Below are positions 1-9,750 of a DNA stretch of 34,899 bases, in pieces. The stretch comes from an uncultured Actinomycetota bacterium (GTDB lineage Bacteria > Actinomycetota > Nitriliruptoria > Nitriliruptorales > JAHWKO01), in assembly GCA_964483845.1 (NCBI GenBank), contig CAZADJ010000001.1, positions 1 to 34,899 of the forward strand, in the 5' to 3' direction. The notes beneath the pieces are model-generated. The model was not told where the DNA came from. It did not search any database and was given only the letters and a program-made list of their open reading frames with translations. Position 1 is the first letter of the stretch. Each line of letters starts with the position of its first letter. The position numbers were made by a program, and so were the translations under genes.

Positions 1-437
1 TCCTTCTTGATCGCGACCGCGAGCTCGGACAGCAGGATCTGCTTCGCCTTGGTGAGCATGCGCTTCTCCCCGGCGGACAGGCCCTTGTCCCCGTCGCGGG
101 TGCAGAGGTTGCGCACGACCTCGGCCACCTTGTAGATGTCGCCCGAGCGCAGTTTCTCGTAGTTCGCCTTGAAGCGGCGCGACCAGTTGCCCTTCTGGGG
201 GCCCCGGGGCTCGCGGAGGACGTCGAGGACCTTCTCGACCTCCTTCTTGGAGACGACGTCGCGCACGCCGCACTCCTCGAGCGCATCCGAGGGGACCATC
301 ACGGTGAGGTCCCCGTAGGTCAGGCGCAGGACGAAGTAATGTCGTTCCTCTCCCTTGAGCTCCCTCGTCTCGGCCTTCTCGATCACCGCCGCACCGTGGT
401 GGGGGTAGATGACGGTATCGCCGACTTCGAAGGCCAT
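1..437 (-). CDS. carD: CarD/CdnL-family RNA polymerase-binding transcription regulator; 3' end cut by the window edge
   Basis: Minus-strand reading frame runs off position 1, so it has no stop in the window and is absent from the ORF track. ATG at 437 has AAGGAG 8 nt upstream. My translation, [39 protein letters not shown]...[28 protein letters not shown]...[10 protein letters not shown], aligns by eye with M. tuberculosis CarD (MIFKVGDTVVYPHHGAA...NWSRRYKANLEKL...SAGEKRML). Confidence 0.93.
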   Translation of the reverse strand, partial: MAFEVGDTVIYPHHGAAVIEKAETRELKGEERHYFVLRLTYGDLTVMVPSDALEECGVRDVVSKKEVEKVLDVLREPRGPQKGNWSRRFKANYEKLRSGDIYKVAEVVRNLCTRDGDKGLSAGEKRMLTKAKQILLSELAVAIKK

Positions 438-618
438 GTGACGTGCTCCTTTGCAACTCGTGCGTTCACCCGTGCGGTCGTGAGCGCGCGTACGCCGGGA
501 TCAGCTCGAGGACGCTGGCGGCGTGCAACGGTCGGTCGGTCCGTTCGTCGGTACGGGCATCGGTACGGGGTGAACCTCCCGTTCCCCACGGTGCGCTACA
601 CACCGGCGACCGTGAGGG

Positions 619-648
619 AGGGTAACACGTTCGCCCCCGTGTGGACAA
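619..648 (-). promoter_or_regulatory. Candidate sigma-A-type promoter for carD
   Basis: Minus strand reads TTGTCC-(18 nt)-TACCCT. A TG sits at -15/-14 (TGT TACCCT), giving an extended -10, and the hexamer fits TANNNT. It would give a ~170-nt leader. Motif match only. Confidence 0.3.
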
Positions 649-745
649 CGGCAGCGTGTGTTTCCGCAGGTCAGCACGGGTGTACGGAGAGGATGCCCGG
701 AGCGGTTCCACGTCCCCCCGACCACGACCGGCGGCTCACGGGCCG

Positions 746-1828
746 TCAGATGTAGCGGTCCAGGAGCGAGGACTCGGCGAGGCGGGCCAGCCCGTCCTTG
801 ATCGATCGTGCCCGGGCCTCGCCGATCCCCTCGACGTCGTCGAGGTCCTCGAGGCTCGCCCCCATCACCCCCTGGAGGTTGTCGAAGCGCTTGATGAGCT
901 TCGCGATCACCCGGTCGGGCAACCGCGGGATCTTCGCCAGCAGGCGGTGACCACGGGGGGACACGCCCCGGTCGAGCTCGTCGGCTTCGTAGGCCAGCGC
1001 CTTCGCGATCCGCTCGAGGTCGAGCAGCTCCTCGGTGCTGAGCGCGTTCAGGTCCTCGAGCACGGTCGCGAGCTTGCGGCGACGGTCGGCCAGGTAGTCC
1101 TTGACGACGAGGACGCGCTCGTCGGCCACCTGCGCCATCAGCTCGTCGAGCTGCAGCTCGATGAGCCGTCCCTCGCTGCCGAGTTCGACGATGTGATCGT
1201 CGATCTCGTCGGCGATGCGCACGACCATCTCCGCGCGCTGGAGCACCTGGACGACGTCGCGGACGGTGACGTTGTCCTCGATCTCGAGGGCCGACAGCGA
1301 CGCCGAGCCCTCGTCGAGACGGATCCGGTACCGCTCCAGGGTCGCCAGGGCCTGGTTGGCCCGGAACAGGAGCGAGGAGACCTCCTCGAGCACCGTCTTC
1401 GACCCGTCGAGGTACAGCGTGACGATGCGCATCGACTCCGAGACCGAGATCACCGGCTGCTCGGTCTGCTTGGCGACGCGCTCGGCGGTCCGGTGACGCG
1501 TCCCGGTCTCGTCGGTGGGGATCGACGGGTCGGGGACGAGGTGCACGTTCGCACGCAGGATCCGGCTGGCGTCCTCGGAGAGGATGATCGCGCCGTCCAT
1601 CTTCGCGACCTCCGACAGCCGCTGGGCCGTGCACGTGATGTCCACCGGGAACCCGCCGGAGCAGAGCTCGTCGACGTCGTCGGTCATCCCGACGACGATG
1701 AGTGCTCCGCGGTGCCCGCGGATGATGCGCTGGACCCCCTCCCGCAGCATCGTGCCGGGCGCCATCTTGGCCAGCACCTGGGTCAGGGACTCGTCGCGGC
1801 GTCGGTGGCCCTGCACCTGGTCACTCAC
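746..1828 (-). CDS. disA: DNA integrity scanning protein DisA (diadenylate cyclase)
   Basis: ORF 746..1894. DAC domain motifs are present (GALIVVG, DGAIILS, GTRHRTAERV), with a C-terminal helix-hairpin-helix (VEGIGEARARSIKDGL). Start trimmed to GTG at 1828 (VSDQVQG...), giving 360 aa, close to mycobacterial DisA in length. The start is uncertain by a few codons. Confidence 0.9.
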   Translation of the reverse strand: MSDQVQGHRRRDESLTQVLAKMAPGTMLREGVQRIIRGHRGALIVVGMTDDVDELCSGGFPVDITCTAQRLSEVAKMDGAIILSEDASRILRANVHLVPDPSIPTDETGTRHRTAERVAKQTEQPVISVSESMRIVTLYLDGSKTVLEEVSSLLFRANQALATLERYRIRLDEGSASLSALEIEDNVTVRDVVQVLQRAEMVVRIADEIDDHIVELGSEGRLIELQLDELMAQVADERVLVVKDYLADRRRKLATVLEDLNALSTEELLDLERIAKALAYEADELDRGVSPRGHRLLAKIPRLPDRVIAKLIKRFDNLQGVMGASLEDLDDVEGIGEARARSIKDGLARLAESSLLDRYI

Positions 1829-2047
1829 CTCCGGTCTCGCTGCCGCTGGCCGGCGACCCGGCGGACCCCGACCGCCGGGGGCCGCACCGAGCACGCTCCA
1901 CGCCGCGGCTCACCGCGACGGTCACGGCCCCGTTCGCAGCATCGAGACGGCGCCCACCGACCGGCCCTCCGACGTCGCGCTGCACGCTGCCGAGCCTATC
2001 GGACGCCGCCCCGTCACCATCCGAGGTCGGACGCGGCGACGCCGCGA

Positions 2048-2608
2048 TCAACCCCGGGGGAACGCCGTCAACACCGCGAGCTCGTCCGGGTCGACGAAGT
2101 CCCGGATCCGATCCCGGATCTCCTCGCCGAGCGCCGGGTCCCGCTGGTCGGTCGCCTCCAGCGGCTCGATGCGCACCGCCATCGTCCCGTCCGGTGCGAC
2201 CAGCACGCTCCCGTCCGGGCCAGCGACCTCGCCGGCGGACCGGTCCCAGCCGACCTCGCGCAGGTGCTCGGCCAGCAGCCTCCCCGTCCGATCCGGCGTC
2301 CACAACCCTTCCAGCGGCCCGACGGCCAGGACGATGTCGCAGCGCGTCGGGCCGTCGGCAGGCTGGTCGATCTCGGGTGACGGGCAGCGCTCCTCCATGA
2401 AGCGGACGGTCGCGCCCTCCGGCAGGGGGATCGTCCCCGCCTCGGGTCGCTCCGCGGGCTCGGTGCCGAGCACGACCATCGCCGCGACCACCGCGAAGAC
2501 GAACACGACACCGGCGAGGATCGCGGGTGGCGCCCACCCGGGCAGGGGGTGGTGCACGCCCCGCCGGTCGTCCGCGCGGTCCGGGCCCGGCTCGGCCGGC
2601 GCGGTCAC
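2048..2608 (-). CDS. Hypothetical membrane-anchored protein (one N-terminal TM helix)
   Basis: C-terminal 186 codons of ORF 2048..2959. GTG at 2608 forms a GTGA overlap with the mutY stop (2605-2607). Predicted TM segment PPAILAGVVFVFAVVAAMVVLG. High GC3 throughout. No recognisable family. Confidence 0.6.
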   Translation of the reverse strand: MTAPAEPGPDRADDRRGVHHPLPGWAPPAILAGVVFVFAVVAAMVVLGTEPAERPEAGTIPLPEGATVRFMEERCPSPEIDQPADGPTRCDIVLAVGPLEGLWTPDRTGRLLAEHLREVGWDRSAGEVAGPDGSVLVAPDGTMAVRIEPLEATDQRDPALGEEIRDRIRDFVDPDELAVLTAFPRG

Positions 2609-3519
2609 GACGGCAGCTCCACGACGTCGCCGCTGACACGCACCAGGCCGTCGTCGACGAGGTCGGCGAGGATCCGCTCGGCGCGATCCGGGTCGTGCGG
2701 CCACCCGGCGGCCCGGGGGACCTCGTCGCGCCCAACCGGCCCGTCCCGCAGCGCAGCGACGATACGGCCACGACCCTGCCGGTCCGACCCGGCGAAGGCG
2801 GGCTGGGATCCCGACGCGCCCGCGGTGCCGAGGGCGGGATCGGGTCCGGGACGTCCCGCGACCGCCCACGCGCAGCACGCCGCGACGGGGCAGTCCCCGC
2901 AGCGCGGGGCGCGCTTCACGCACACCGTCGCGCCGAGGTCCATCACCGCCTGGTTCCACGCGCGGGCGCGGCCGGGCGGGACGAGGCCGTCGGCCAGACG
3001 CTGGGCATCGGCCCGGCCGAGCGACCGGCCGGCGACCGCGCGGGCCAGCACCCGCGCGGCGTTCGTGTCGAGCACGCCGACCGACACGCCGAAGGCGAGC
3101 GAGGCGACCGCCCGGGCGGTGTAGGGCCCGACGCCGGGCAGTTCGAGCAGGTCGTCGACGCTCGACGGGACCTCACCGTCGTGCTCGGCGACGATCCGGC
3201 GGGCCGCCTCGTGGAGGTGCACCGCTCGGCGGTTGTAGCCGAGACCGTCCCACAGCCGCACGATCCGGGACCGCGGAGCCGACGCGCAGGCCTCGGGGGT
3301 CGGCAGCACCGCGAGGAACGTCCGGTAGCGCGGGGCGACCCGGGAAACCTGCGTCTGCTGGAGCATGAACTCGGAGACGAGCACAGCCCACGGATCGTCG
3401 GTCGTGCGCCACGGGAGGTCGGCGCGTCGCCCGTCGCCCCAGTCCAGCAGGCGGTCGACCAGCTCGGCGCGGGTCACCGTCGACGGAGTGGCGACGCCGG
3501 GATCACTCCCCGGCGTCAC
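2605..3519 (-). CDS. mutY: A/G-specific adenine DNA glycosylase MutY
   Basis: HhH-GPD motifs are present ([19 protein letters not shown]), plus a 4Fe-4S Cys cluster [17 protein letters not shown] (C-x6-C-x2-C-x5-C). GTG 3519 overlaps the clpC end by 17 nt. GTG 3477 is an alternative start. Confidence 0.88.
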   Translation of the reverse strand: MTPGSDPGVATPSTVTRAELVDRLLDWGDGRRADLPWRTTDDPWAVLVSEFMLQQTQVSRVAPRYRTFLAVLPTPEACASAPRSRIVRLWDGLGYNRRAVHLHEAARRIVAEHDGEVPSSVDDLLELPGVGPYTARAVASLAFGVSVGVLDTNAARVLARAVAGRSLGRADAQRLADGLVPPGRARAWNQAVMDLGATVCVKRAPRCGDCPVAACCAWAVAGRPGPDPALGTAGASGSQPAFAGSDRQGRGRIVAALRDGPVGRDEVPRAAGWPHDPDRAERILADLVDDGLVRVSGDVVELPS

Positions 3520-6040
3520 CCTCGTCGCCCTCGCCCGCGGCGCCGGCCAGCTCGACCGGCGGGACGTCGGGGGTGTCCGGCGAGTCGACGGCGCGGAAGA
3601 CGACCTCGTCAGCCTCCTCGTCGACGTCGGCGACCAGCAGCTGTCCGGCCTTGAACTCTCCGTGCAGCAGCCGCTCCGACAGCCGGTCCTCCAGCTCGCG
3701 CTGGATCGTCCGGCGCAGCGGGCGCGCGCCGAGCTGCGGGTCGTAGCCCTTGTCGGCGAGCCAGCCCTTCAGCTTGTCGGTCAGCTCCAGGTCGATCTGG
3801 CGCGACTCGAGCTGCTCCTTCACCCGCCGGATCATCAGGTCGACGATCGACTTGACCTCGTCCTTCGTCAGCTGGTGGAAGACGATGACCTCGTCGATCC
3901 GGTTCAGGAACTCCGGCCGGAAGTGCTTCTTCAACTCGTCGTCGACCTTCGACTTCATCTTCTCGTACTGGCTCTGCTCGTCCGCCTGGCCGGTGAAGCC
4001 GACGGCCGGCGAGCCCAGATCGCGGGTACCCAGGTTCGAGGTCATGATGAGGATGGTGTTCTTGAAGTCCACCGTTCGGCCGTGGCTGTCGGTCAGCCGG
4101 CCGTCCTCCATGATCTGCAGCAGCGTGTTGAACACGTCGGGGTGGGCCTTCTCCACCTCGTCGAACAGCACGACGGAGAACGGCTTGCGGCGCACCGCCT
4201 CGGTGAGCTGTCCGCCCTCGTCGTAGCCGACGTAGCCGGGTGGCGACCCGATGAGGCGCGAGACGGTGTGCTTCTCCATGTACTCGGACATGTCGAGGTG
4301 GACCAGCGCCTGCTCGTCACCGAACAGGAACTCGGCGAGCGCCTTCGCGGTCTCGGTCTTGCCGACACCCGAGGGCCCGAGGAAGATGAACGAGCCGGAC
4401 GGCCGGCGCGGGTCCTTCAGCCCCGAGCGGGTGCGCCGGATCGACTTCGAGACGGCCTCGATCGCCTCGTGCTGGCCGACGATGCGCTTGTGGAGCTCCT
4501 CCTCCATGCGCAGGAGCTTCTGCGTCTCCTCCTCGGTCAGCTTGAACACCGGGATCCCGGTCCAGGTGGACAGGACCTCGGCGATCACCTCCTCGTCGAC
4601 GTTCAGGACCTTGTCCATCCCCTCGCTGCGCCACTCGGTCTCGCGGGACTGGCGCCGCTCGACGAGCTTCTTCTCCTCGTCGCGCAGGGAGGCGGCGCGC
4701 TCGAAGTCCTGCGCGTCGATCGCCGCCTCCTTCTGCTTGCGCATGTCCTCGACCTTGCCGTCGATCTCCTGGAGGTCGGGCGGGGTCGTCATGGACCGGA
4801 TGCGCAGCCGCGAGCCGGCCTCGTCGATCAGGTCGATCGCCTTGTCCGGCAGGTAGCGGTCGGAGATGTAGCGGTCGGCGAGGTTCGCCGCGCTGACCAG
4901 CGCGTCGTCGGTGATCGTGACCCGGTGGTGGGCCTCGTAGCGGTCCCGGAGGCCCTTCAGGATCTCGATCGTGTGCGGCAGGGTCGGTTCCTCGACCTTC
5001 ACCGGCTGGAAGCGCCGCTCGAGCGCCGCGTCCTTCTCGAGGTGCTTGCGGTACTCGTCGAGCGTGGTCGCGCCGATGGTCTGGATCTCCCCGCGGGCGA
5101 GCATCGGCTTGAGGATGCTCGCCGCGTCGATCGCACCCTCGGCCGCGCCGGCCCCGACGAGGGTGTGCAGCTCGTCGATGAAGAGGATGATGTCTCCGCG
5201 GGAGGTGATCTCCTTCAGCACCTTCTTCAGGCGCTCCTCGAAGTCACCGCGGTAGCGCGATCCGGCGACGAGCGCGCCGAGATCGAGGGTGTAGAGGTGC
5301 TTGTCGCGCAGCGTCTCCGGGACGTCGCCGGCGACGATGCGCTGGGCCAGACCCTCGACGATCGCGGTCTTGCCGACACCGGGCTCACCGATGAGCACCG
5401 GGTTGTTCTTGGTGCGACGCGACAGGACCTGCATGACGCGCTCGATCTCGCGGTGCCGCCCGATCACCGGGTCGAGGGTGGACTCGCGCGCCCCCTGGGT
5501 GAGGTTGCGACCGAACTGGTCGAGGATCGTCGAGCCCTGCTGGCCCTGGCCGCCGGAGCTCTCGCCGACGCCGGCACCGGCCTTTCCTTGACCCTCGCCG
5601 CCGGCGTAGCCGGACAGCAGCTGTATGACCTGCTGACGCACGCGGTTGAGGTCCGCGCCGAGCTTCTGGAGCACCTGCGCGGCGACCCCCTCGCCCTCAC
5701 GGATGAGCCCGAGGAGGATGTGCTCGGTGCCGATGTAGTTGTGACCGAGCTGCAGCGCCTCGCGCAGCGACAGCTCGAGGACCTTCTTGGCCCGCGGGGT
5801 GAACGGGATGTGCCCGGACGGGGAGGACTGACCCTTGCCGATGATCTCCGTGACCTGCTCGCGGACGGCCTGGAGGGAGATGTTCATGGACTCGAGCGCC
5901 TTCGCGGCGACGCCCTCCCCCTCGTGGATCAGCCCGAGGAGGATGTGCTCGGTGCCGATGTAGTTGTGGTTCAGCATCCTCGCCTCCTCCTGGGCGAGGA
6001 CGACCACGCGGCGAGCCCGGTCGGTGAACCTCTCGAACAT
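3503..6040 (-). CDS. clpC: ATP-dependent Clp protease ATP-binding subunit ClpC (ClpC1-type)
   Basis: ORF 3503..6205. The canonical N-terminus [37 protein letters not shown] begins at ATG 6040. Two AAA+ Walker A motifs are present ([16 protein letters not shown]). 845 aa. The upstream in-frame extension is repeat-derived, Arg/Thr/Asp-rich and low complexity. Confidence 0.97.
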   Translation of the reverse strand: MFERFTDRARRVVVLAQEEARMLNHNYIGTEHILLGLIHEGEGVAAKALESMNISLQAVREQVTEIIGKGQSSPSGHIPFTPRAKKVLELSLREALQLGHNYIGTEHILLGLIREGEGVAAQVLQKLGADLNRVRQQVIQLLSGYAGGEGQGKAGAGVGESSGGQGQQGSTILDQFGRNLTQGARESTLDPVIGRHREIERVMQVLSRRTKNNPVLIGEPGVGKTAIVEGLAQRIVAGDVPETLRDKHLYTLDLGALVAGSRYRGDFEERLKKVLKEITSRGDIILFIDELHTLVGAGAAEGAIDAASILKPMLARGEIQTIGATTLDEYRKHLEKDAALERRFQPVKVEEPTLPHTIEILKGLRDRYEAHHRVTITDDALVSAANLADRYISDRYLPDKAIDLIDEAGSRLRIRSMTTPPDLQEIDGKVEDMRKQKEAAIDAQDFERAASLRDEEKKLVERRQSRETEWRSEGMDKVLNVDEEVIAEVLSTWTGIPVFKLTEEETQKLLRMEEELHKRIVGQHEAIEAVSKSIRRTRSGLKDPRRPSGSFIFLGPSGVGKTETAKALAEFLFGDEQALVHLDMSEYMEKHTVSRLIGSPPGYVGYDEGGQLTEAVRRKPFSVVLFDEVEKAHPDVFNTLLQIMEDGRLTDSHGRTVDFKNTILIMTSNLGTRDLGSPAVGFTGQADEQSQYEKMKSKVDDELKKHFRPEFLNRIDEVIVFHQLTKDEVKSIVDLMIRRVKEQLESRQIDLELTDKLKGWLADKGYDPQLGARPLRRTIQRELEDRLSERLLHGEFKAGQLLVADVDEEADEVVFRAVDSPDTPDVPPVELAGAAGEGDEGDAGE

Positions 6041-6064
6041 CAGTGGCTTCTTTCCATCGCTTCC

Positions 6065-6179
6065 GCGGTCTGTCTGACGGTCTGTCGTGCGGTCCGTCCT
6101 GACGGTCTCTCCTGAAGGTCTCTCCTGCGGATCCGCCCCGACCGACCGTTCACACGGTCTGTCCTCACGGACCGTCCTG
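6065..6179. repeat. Seven degenerate 12-13-nt direct repeats (plus strand rcGGTCTgTCCTG; mRNA strand CAGGAcAGACCGy) upstream of clpC
   Basis: Units read directly from the sequence: 6065-6076 gcggtctgtctg, 6077-6088 acggtctgtcgt, 6089-6101 gcggtccgtcctg, 6102-6114 acggtctctcctg, 6115-6127 aaggtctctcctg, 6154-6166 acggtctgtcctc, 6167-6179 acggaccgtcctg. Confidence 0.85.
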
Positions 6180-6440
6180 GCGGGCCTCCCGTCGCGCCGG
6201 GGCACCGTTCTCCGCCACGGTCCGGTGGAGACGGCTCACGGGACGATCGTAGCGGCTCACCCCCGATCCGCCTCCAGGATCTGCTGGCGCAGGTGGGCGG
6301 CGCACACTTGGGGCAACGCCGCACTCCGGATCTATGTTCCCCCACCGAGCCGATCCGTCGCCGGGCCGTGGGTCCCGTCCACGGTCGGATAGGCGGCCCC
6401 GCCGGCCCCCGGTGCGGGAGGGGACGACCGGGGGACTCGA

Positions 6441-6503
6441 GGAGACCTGCACGACCGGAGCGAGGGTCGCGATCGTCTCCAACGCGACCGGGACGCGGTC
6501 GCG
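6441..6503 (-). terminator. Two adjacent GC-rich hairpins downstream of lysS (possible U-tract-less terminator)
   Basis: The first pairs GGAGAC(6441-6446)/GTCTCC(6475-6480) with inner CGACC/GGTCG. The second pairs cGCGACCG(6483-6490)/CGGTCGCg(6496-6503) with loop ggacg. No U-tract follows either. Structure only. Confidence 0.25.
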
Positions 6504-6589
6504 GAGGAGCTCGCCCGTTTCGGGGTGTGCCAGGTCGGGACGGGGCGCGGGGCGTCGGTCGCCGCTGACCGCGGAGGCTGTGAGCGACG

Positions 6590-8098
6590 TCACCCGTGCT
6601 CGGGGCGCAGGGTCGGGAAGAGGATCACGTCGCGGATGCTCGGGACGTCGGCCAGGATCATGACCAGCCGGTCGACGCCGATCCCCAGCCCCCCGGTCGG
6701 CGGCATCCCGAGCTCGAGGGCGGTGAGGAACGGTTCGTCGACCAGCATCGCCTCCTCGTCGCCCTCGGTGCGCGCGGCCGCCTGGGCCTCGAGGCGCTGC
6801 CGCTGGTCGTCGGGATCGGTGAGCTCGCTGAAGGCGTTGCCGAGCTCCCGGCCGGCCACCACCGGCTCGAACCGCTCGGTGACGTGGTCCTCCGTACGGT
6901 GCCGACGCGCCAGCGGGGAGGTCTCGACCGGGTGCTGGGTGACGAGGACCGGGTCCCACAGCTCGTGCTCGACCAGGGACTCGTAGAGCTCGGCGACGAG
7001 CCTGCCCGGCCCCCACCCCTCCTCGTACAGCAGGTCGTGCTCGTCGAGCAGCCGGCGCAGCTCGGCGATCGGGGTGTCGTAGGCGAGATCATCCCGACCG
7101 ACCGCCTCCCGGACGAGCTCGAGCATCGTGCGACGGGGCCACGGCGGCGTGAGGTCGAGCGGACGGTCGAGGTAGGTCAGCTCGAGCGTGCCGACGGCCG
7201 CCTCGGCGGCGGCCGCCACCAGCGTCTCGGTCAGCTCCATCATGTCCCGGAAGTCGGCGTAGGCCTGGTAGACCTCGAGCATCGTGTACTCCGGGTTGTG
7301 GCGGGGGCTCATCCCCTCGTTGCGGAAGCTGCGGTTCAGCTCGTAGACGCGCGGGAAGCCGCCGACGATCAGGCGCTTGAGGTACAGCTCGGGCGCGACC
7401 CGCAGGTACAGGTCCACGTCGAGCGCGTTGTGGTGGGTGATGAACGGCCGCGCGGTCGCGCCGCCCGGGATCGGGTGCAGCATCGGGGTCTCGACCTCGG
7501 TGAAGCCGCGGTCCTCGAGCTCGCGGCGGAACGCCGCGACCACCTCGGAGCGGATCCGGAAGGTCTCCCGAGTCTCGTCGTTCACGACGAGGTCCAGCTC
7601 GCGCTGCCGGTAGCGCAGCTCCACGTCCTTCAGCCCGTGCCACTTGTCCGGGAGGGGCCGCAGGGCCTTCGACAGCAGCGTCACGTCGCGCGGGGAGACC
7701 GAGAGCTCGCCCTTGCGGGTCACCATCACCTCGCCGGTGGCACCGACCCAGTCGCCGAGGTCCAGGTCGTCCACCGCGGCCATCCCCTCCTCGCCCAGGA
7801 CCCGCTGCTGGCAGAACAGCTGCAGATCGACCCCGTCCTCGCGGAGGACGACGAACGCGAGCTTGCCGTGGCCCCGCTGCGCGACGATACGGCCGGCGAC
7901 GGTGACGACCTCGCCGGTCTCCTCCCCCGGGTCGAGGTGGCTCCACCGCTCCCGCACGTCGCCGACCCGGTGGGTCGGCTCGAAGCGCACGGGGTAGGGC
8001 TCGACGCCGTCGGCGCGGAGCGCCTCGACCTTCGCGCGCCTGGTCGCGACCAACTCCTCGAACGTCGAGCCGGCCCGGGCGTCCTGCTCGTCGGTCAC
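6590..8098 (-). CDS. lysS: Lysine--tRNA ligase, class II
   Basis: ORF 6590..8146. Class II motifs are present (SFRNEGMSPRHNPEYTMLE, GGLGIGVDRLVM) with an N-terminal OB fold. Start set to GTG 8098, which forms a GTGA overlap with the coaX stop (8095-8097). 502 aa. Confidence 0.95.
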   Translation of the reverse strand: MTDEQDARAGSTFEELVATRRAKVEALRADGVEPYPVRFEPTHRVGDVRERWSHLDPGEETGEVVTVAGRIVAQRGHGKLAFVVLREDGVDLQLFCQQRVLGEEGMAAVDDLDLGDWVGATGEVMVTRKGELSVSPRDVTLLSKALRPLPDKWHGLKDVELRYRQRELDLVVNDETRETFRIRSEVVAAFRRELEDRGFTEVETPMLHPIPGGATARPFITHHNALDVDLYLRVAPELYLKRLIVGGFPRVYELNRSFRNEGMSPRHNPEYTMLEVYQAYADFRDMMELTETLVAAAAEAAVGTLELTYLDRPLDLTPPWPRRTMLELVREAVGRDDLAYDTPIAELRRLLDEHDLLYEEGWGPGRLVAELYESLVEHELWDPVLVTQHPVETSPLARRHRTEDHVTERFEPVVAGRELGNAFSELTDPDDQRQRLEAQAAARTEGDEEAMLVDEPFLTALELGMPPTGGLGIGVDRLVMILADVPSIRDVILFPTLRPEHG

Positions 8099-8865
8099 CG
8101 TGTGTTCCTCTCCCAGATCAGCCGCAGGCCCTTCAGGGTGAGCCACTCGTCGTGTGTGTCGACCTCGTCGCTGGCCTCGAGCACCGCGGCGGCGAGCCCC
8201 CCGGTCGCGACCACCGCCGCTTCACCTCCGAGCTCCTCGCGGATGCGACGCACCAGCGCGTCGACCTGCCCCGCGAAGCCGTAGACGACGCCCGACTGCA
8301 TCGCGCCGACGGTGGTGCTGCCGATCACCGCCGGGGGCCGCACGATCTCCACCTTGGGCAGTCGCGCCGCGCGGACCACGAGCGCGTCCATCGAGGTCTG
8401 CACGCCGGGCGCGATGACCCCGCCGACGAAGTCCCCACCGGCACCGACCACGTCGAAGTTCGTCGAGGTGCCGAAGTCGACCACGATGGCCGGTGCGCCG
8501 TACAGCTCGGCGGCCGCCACCGCGTTCACGATGCGGTCGGGGCCGATCTCCCGCGGGTTCTCGTAGCGCAGGGCGATGCCGGTCCGGATCCCGGGCTCGA
8601 CCACGACCGGTGGGAAGTGGAAGTAGCGCTCGGTCATCTCCCGCAGCGCCTCGGTCACGGCGGGAACCACGCTGGAGAGCACCACCCCGTGGACGTTGCG
8701 CGAGAAGGAGAGGTCCACGAAGGCGAGTAGCCCCTGGAAGAGCAGCGCGTGCTCGTCCGGTGTCCGCCCGGCCTCGGTCGAGATGCGCCAGTGCCGGTGC
8801 AGGTCGTCGCCGTCGAAGACCCCGATCACGGTCTGCGAGTTGCCGACGTCGATCGCGAGGAGCAT
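8095..8865 (-). CDS. coaX: Type III pantothenate kinase
   Basis: MLLAIDVGNSQTVIGVF... is a typical CoaX N-terminus. ASKHA-fold motifs are present (VVDFGTSTNFD, ATGGLA). ATG 8865 shares one base with the nadC TGA (TGATG). Confidence 0.93.
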   Translation of the reverse strand: MLLAIDVGNSQTVIGVFDGDDLHRHWRISTEAGRTPDEHALLFQGLLAFVDLSFSRNVHGVVLSSVVPAVTEALREMTERYFHFPPVVVEPGIRTGIALRYENPREIGPDRIVNAVAAAELYGAPAIVVDFGTSTNFDVVGAGGDFVGGVIAPGVQTSMDALVVRAARLPKVEIVRPPAVIGSTTVGAMQSGVVYGFAGQVDALVRRIREELGGEAAVVATGGLAAAVLEASDEVDTHDEWLTLKGLRLIWERNTR

Positions 8866-9725
8866 CAGCGCACCTCGACGACGTCGAGCGCGACGTCGAG
8901 CGCCGGGGCGCTGTGGGTGATCGCACCGACCGCGAGCGCGTCGACGCCGGTGGCGGCGTAGGCGCGCACGGTACGCGTCGTGATACCCCCGGAGGCCTCG
9001 AGCCGGACGTCGTCACCGAACGCCGCGACGAACCGGCGCGCCTCGTCGGGCGTGAGGTTGTCGAGCAGGAGATCGGTGGCGCCCGCGGCGATCGCGTCCC
9101 GGGCCTCCTCGAGCGAGGTGACCTCGACCTGGACCGTCCGGCCGTCGGCGGCTGCGAGCGCGGCCCGTGTCGCCGCCGCGACGCCCCCTGCGGCGGCGAC
9201 GTGGTTGTCCTTCACCAGGAGCTCGTCGGACAGACCGGCGCGGTGGTTGTCCCCGCCGCCGGCGACGACCGCCGCCTTCTCCAGGAACCGCAGGCCCGGG
9301 GTGGTCTTGCGCGTGTCCCGGATCGTGCAGCCGGTCCCGTCGACCGCCGCGACGTGGACGCTGGTCGCGGTCGCGATCCCCGAGAGGTGCGCGACGAGGT
9401 TCAGCGCGGTCCGCTCCCCGGTGAGGATCGCCGCCAACGGGCCGACGATCTCCGCGAGCACGGCGCCGGGCTCCACCTCGTCACCGTCCGCCCACCGCAG
9501 GGCCACCTCGACCTGCTCGTCGACGTGCCGGTAGGTCTCGGCGAGCAGATCGAGGCCGGCGACCACGCCGGTGGCGCGCGCCACCACCTCGGCACGGCCC
9601 ACGCTGCCGATCGGGACGCACGCCGCGGAGGTCAGGTCCCCGAGGTCGCCGAGGTCCTCGGCGAGCGCCCGCAGGACGGCGCGCCGTCGCGCACGCCCCA
9701 GCTCACCGTCGTCTCCCTCGCTCAC
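8865..9725 (-). CDS. nadC: Nicotinate-nucleotide (quinolinate) pyrophosphorylase, carboxylating
   Basis: ORF 8865..9791. QPRTase motifs are present (ERTALNL, RDTRKTTPGLR, LVKDNH, LEASGGI). Start trimmed to GTG 9725, 25 nt after the panD stop, giving 286 aa. The first start in the ORF track would overlap panD by 41 nt. Confidence 0.9.
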   Translation of the reverse strand: MSEGDDGELGRARRRAVLRALAEDLGDLGDLTSAACVPIGSVGRAEVVARATGVVAGLDLLAETYRHVDEQVEVALRWADGDEVEPGAVLAEIVGPLAAILTGERTALNLVAHLSGIATATSVHVAAVDGTGCTIRDTRKTTPGLRFLEKAAVVAGGGDNHRAGLSDELLVKDNHVAAAGGVAAATRAALAAADGRTVQVEVTSLEEARDAIAAGATDLLLDNLTPDEARRFVAAFGDDVRLEASGGITTRTVRAYAATGVDALAVGAITHSAPALDVALDVVEVR

Positions 9726-9750
9726 GGCAGCGACGCTAGTGCGTGCCCGG

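Noticed and set aside
641-2380. 579-aa plus-strand ORF, and 377-aa minus-strand ORF (501..1634) in an alternative frame
   Set aside because: Both overlap disA, whose frame carries clear DAC and HhH motifs. The alternatives are Arg/Pro/Gly-rich without motifs.
3365-6115. 916-aa plus-strand ORF
   Set aside because: It is the exact antisense of clpC. Its composition (Leu/Val/Asp/Arg/Gly-rich, no motifs) is typical of mirror ORFs in high-GC DNA. The opposite strand encodes an unmistakable ClpC.
6041-6205. In-frame N-terminal extension of ClpC (ORF start 6205)
   Set aside because: The canonical [12 protein letters not shown]-terminus starts at 6040. The extension is translated from the 12-13-nt repeat array ([12 protein letters not shown]) and is not protein-like.
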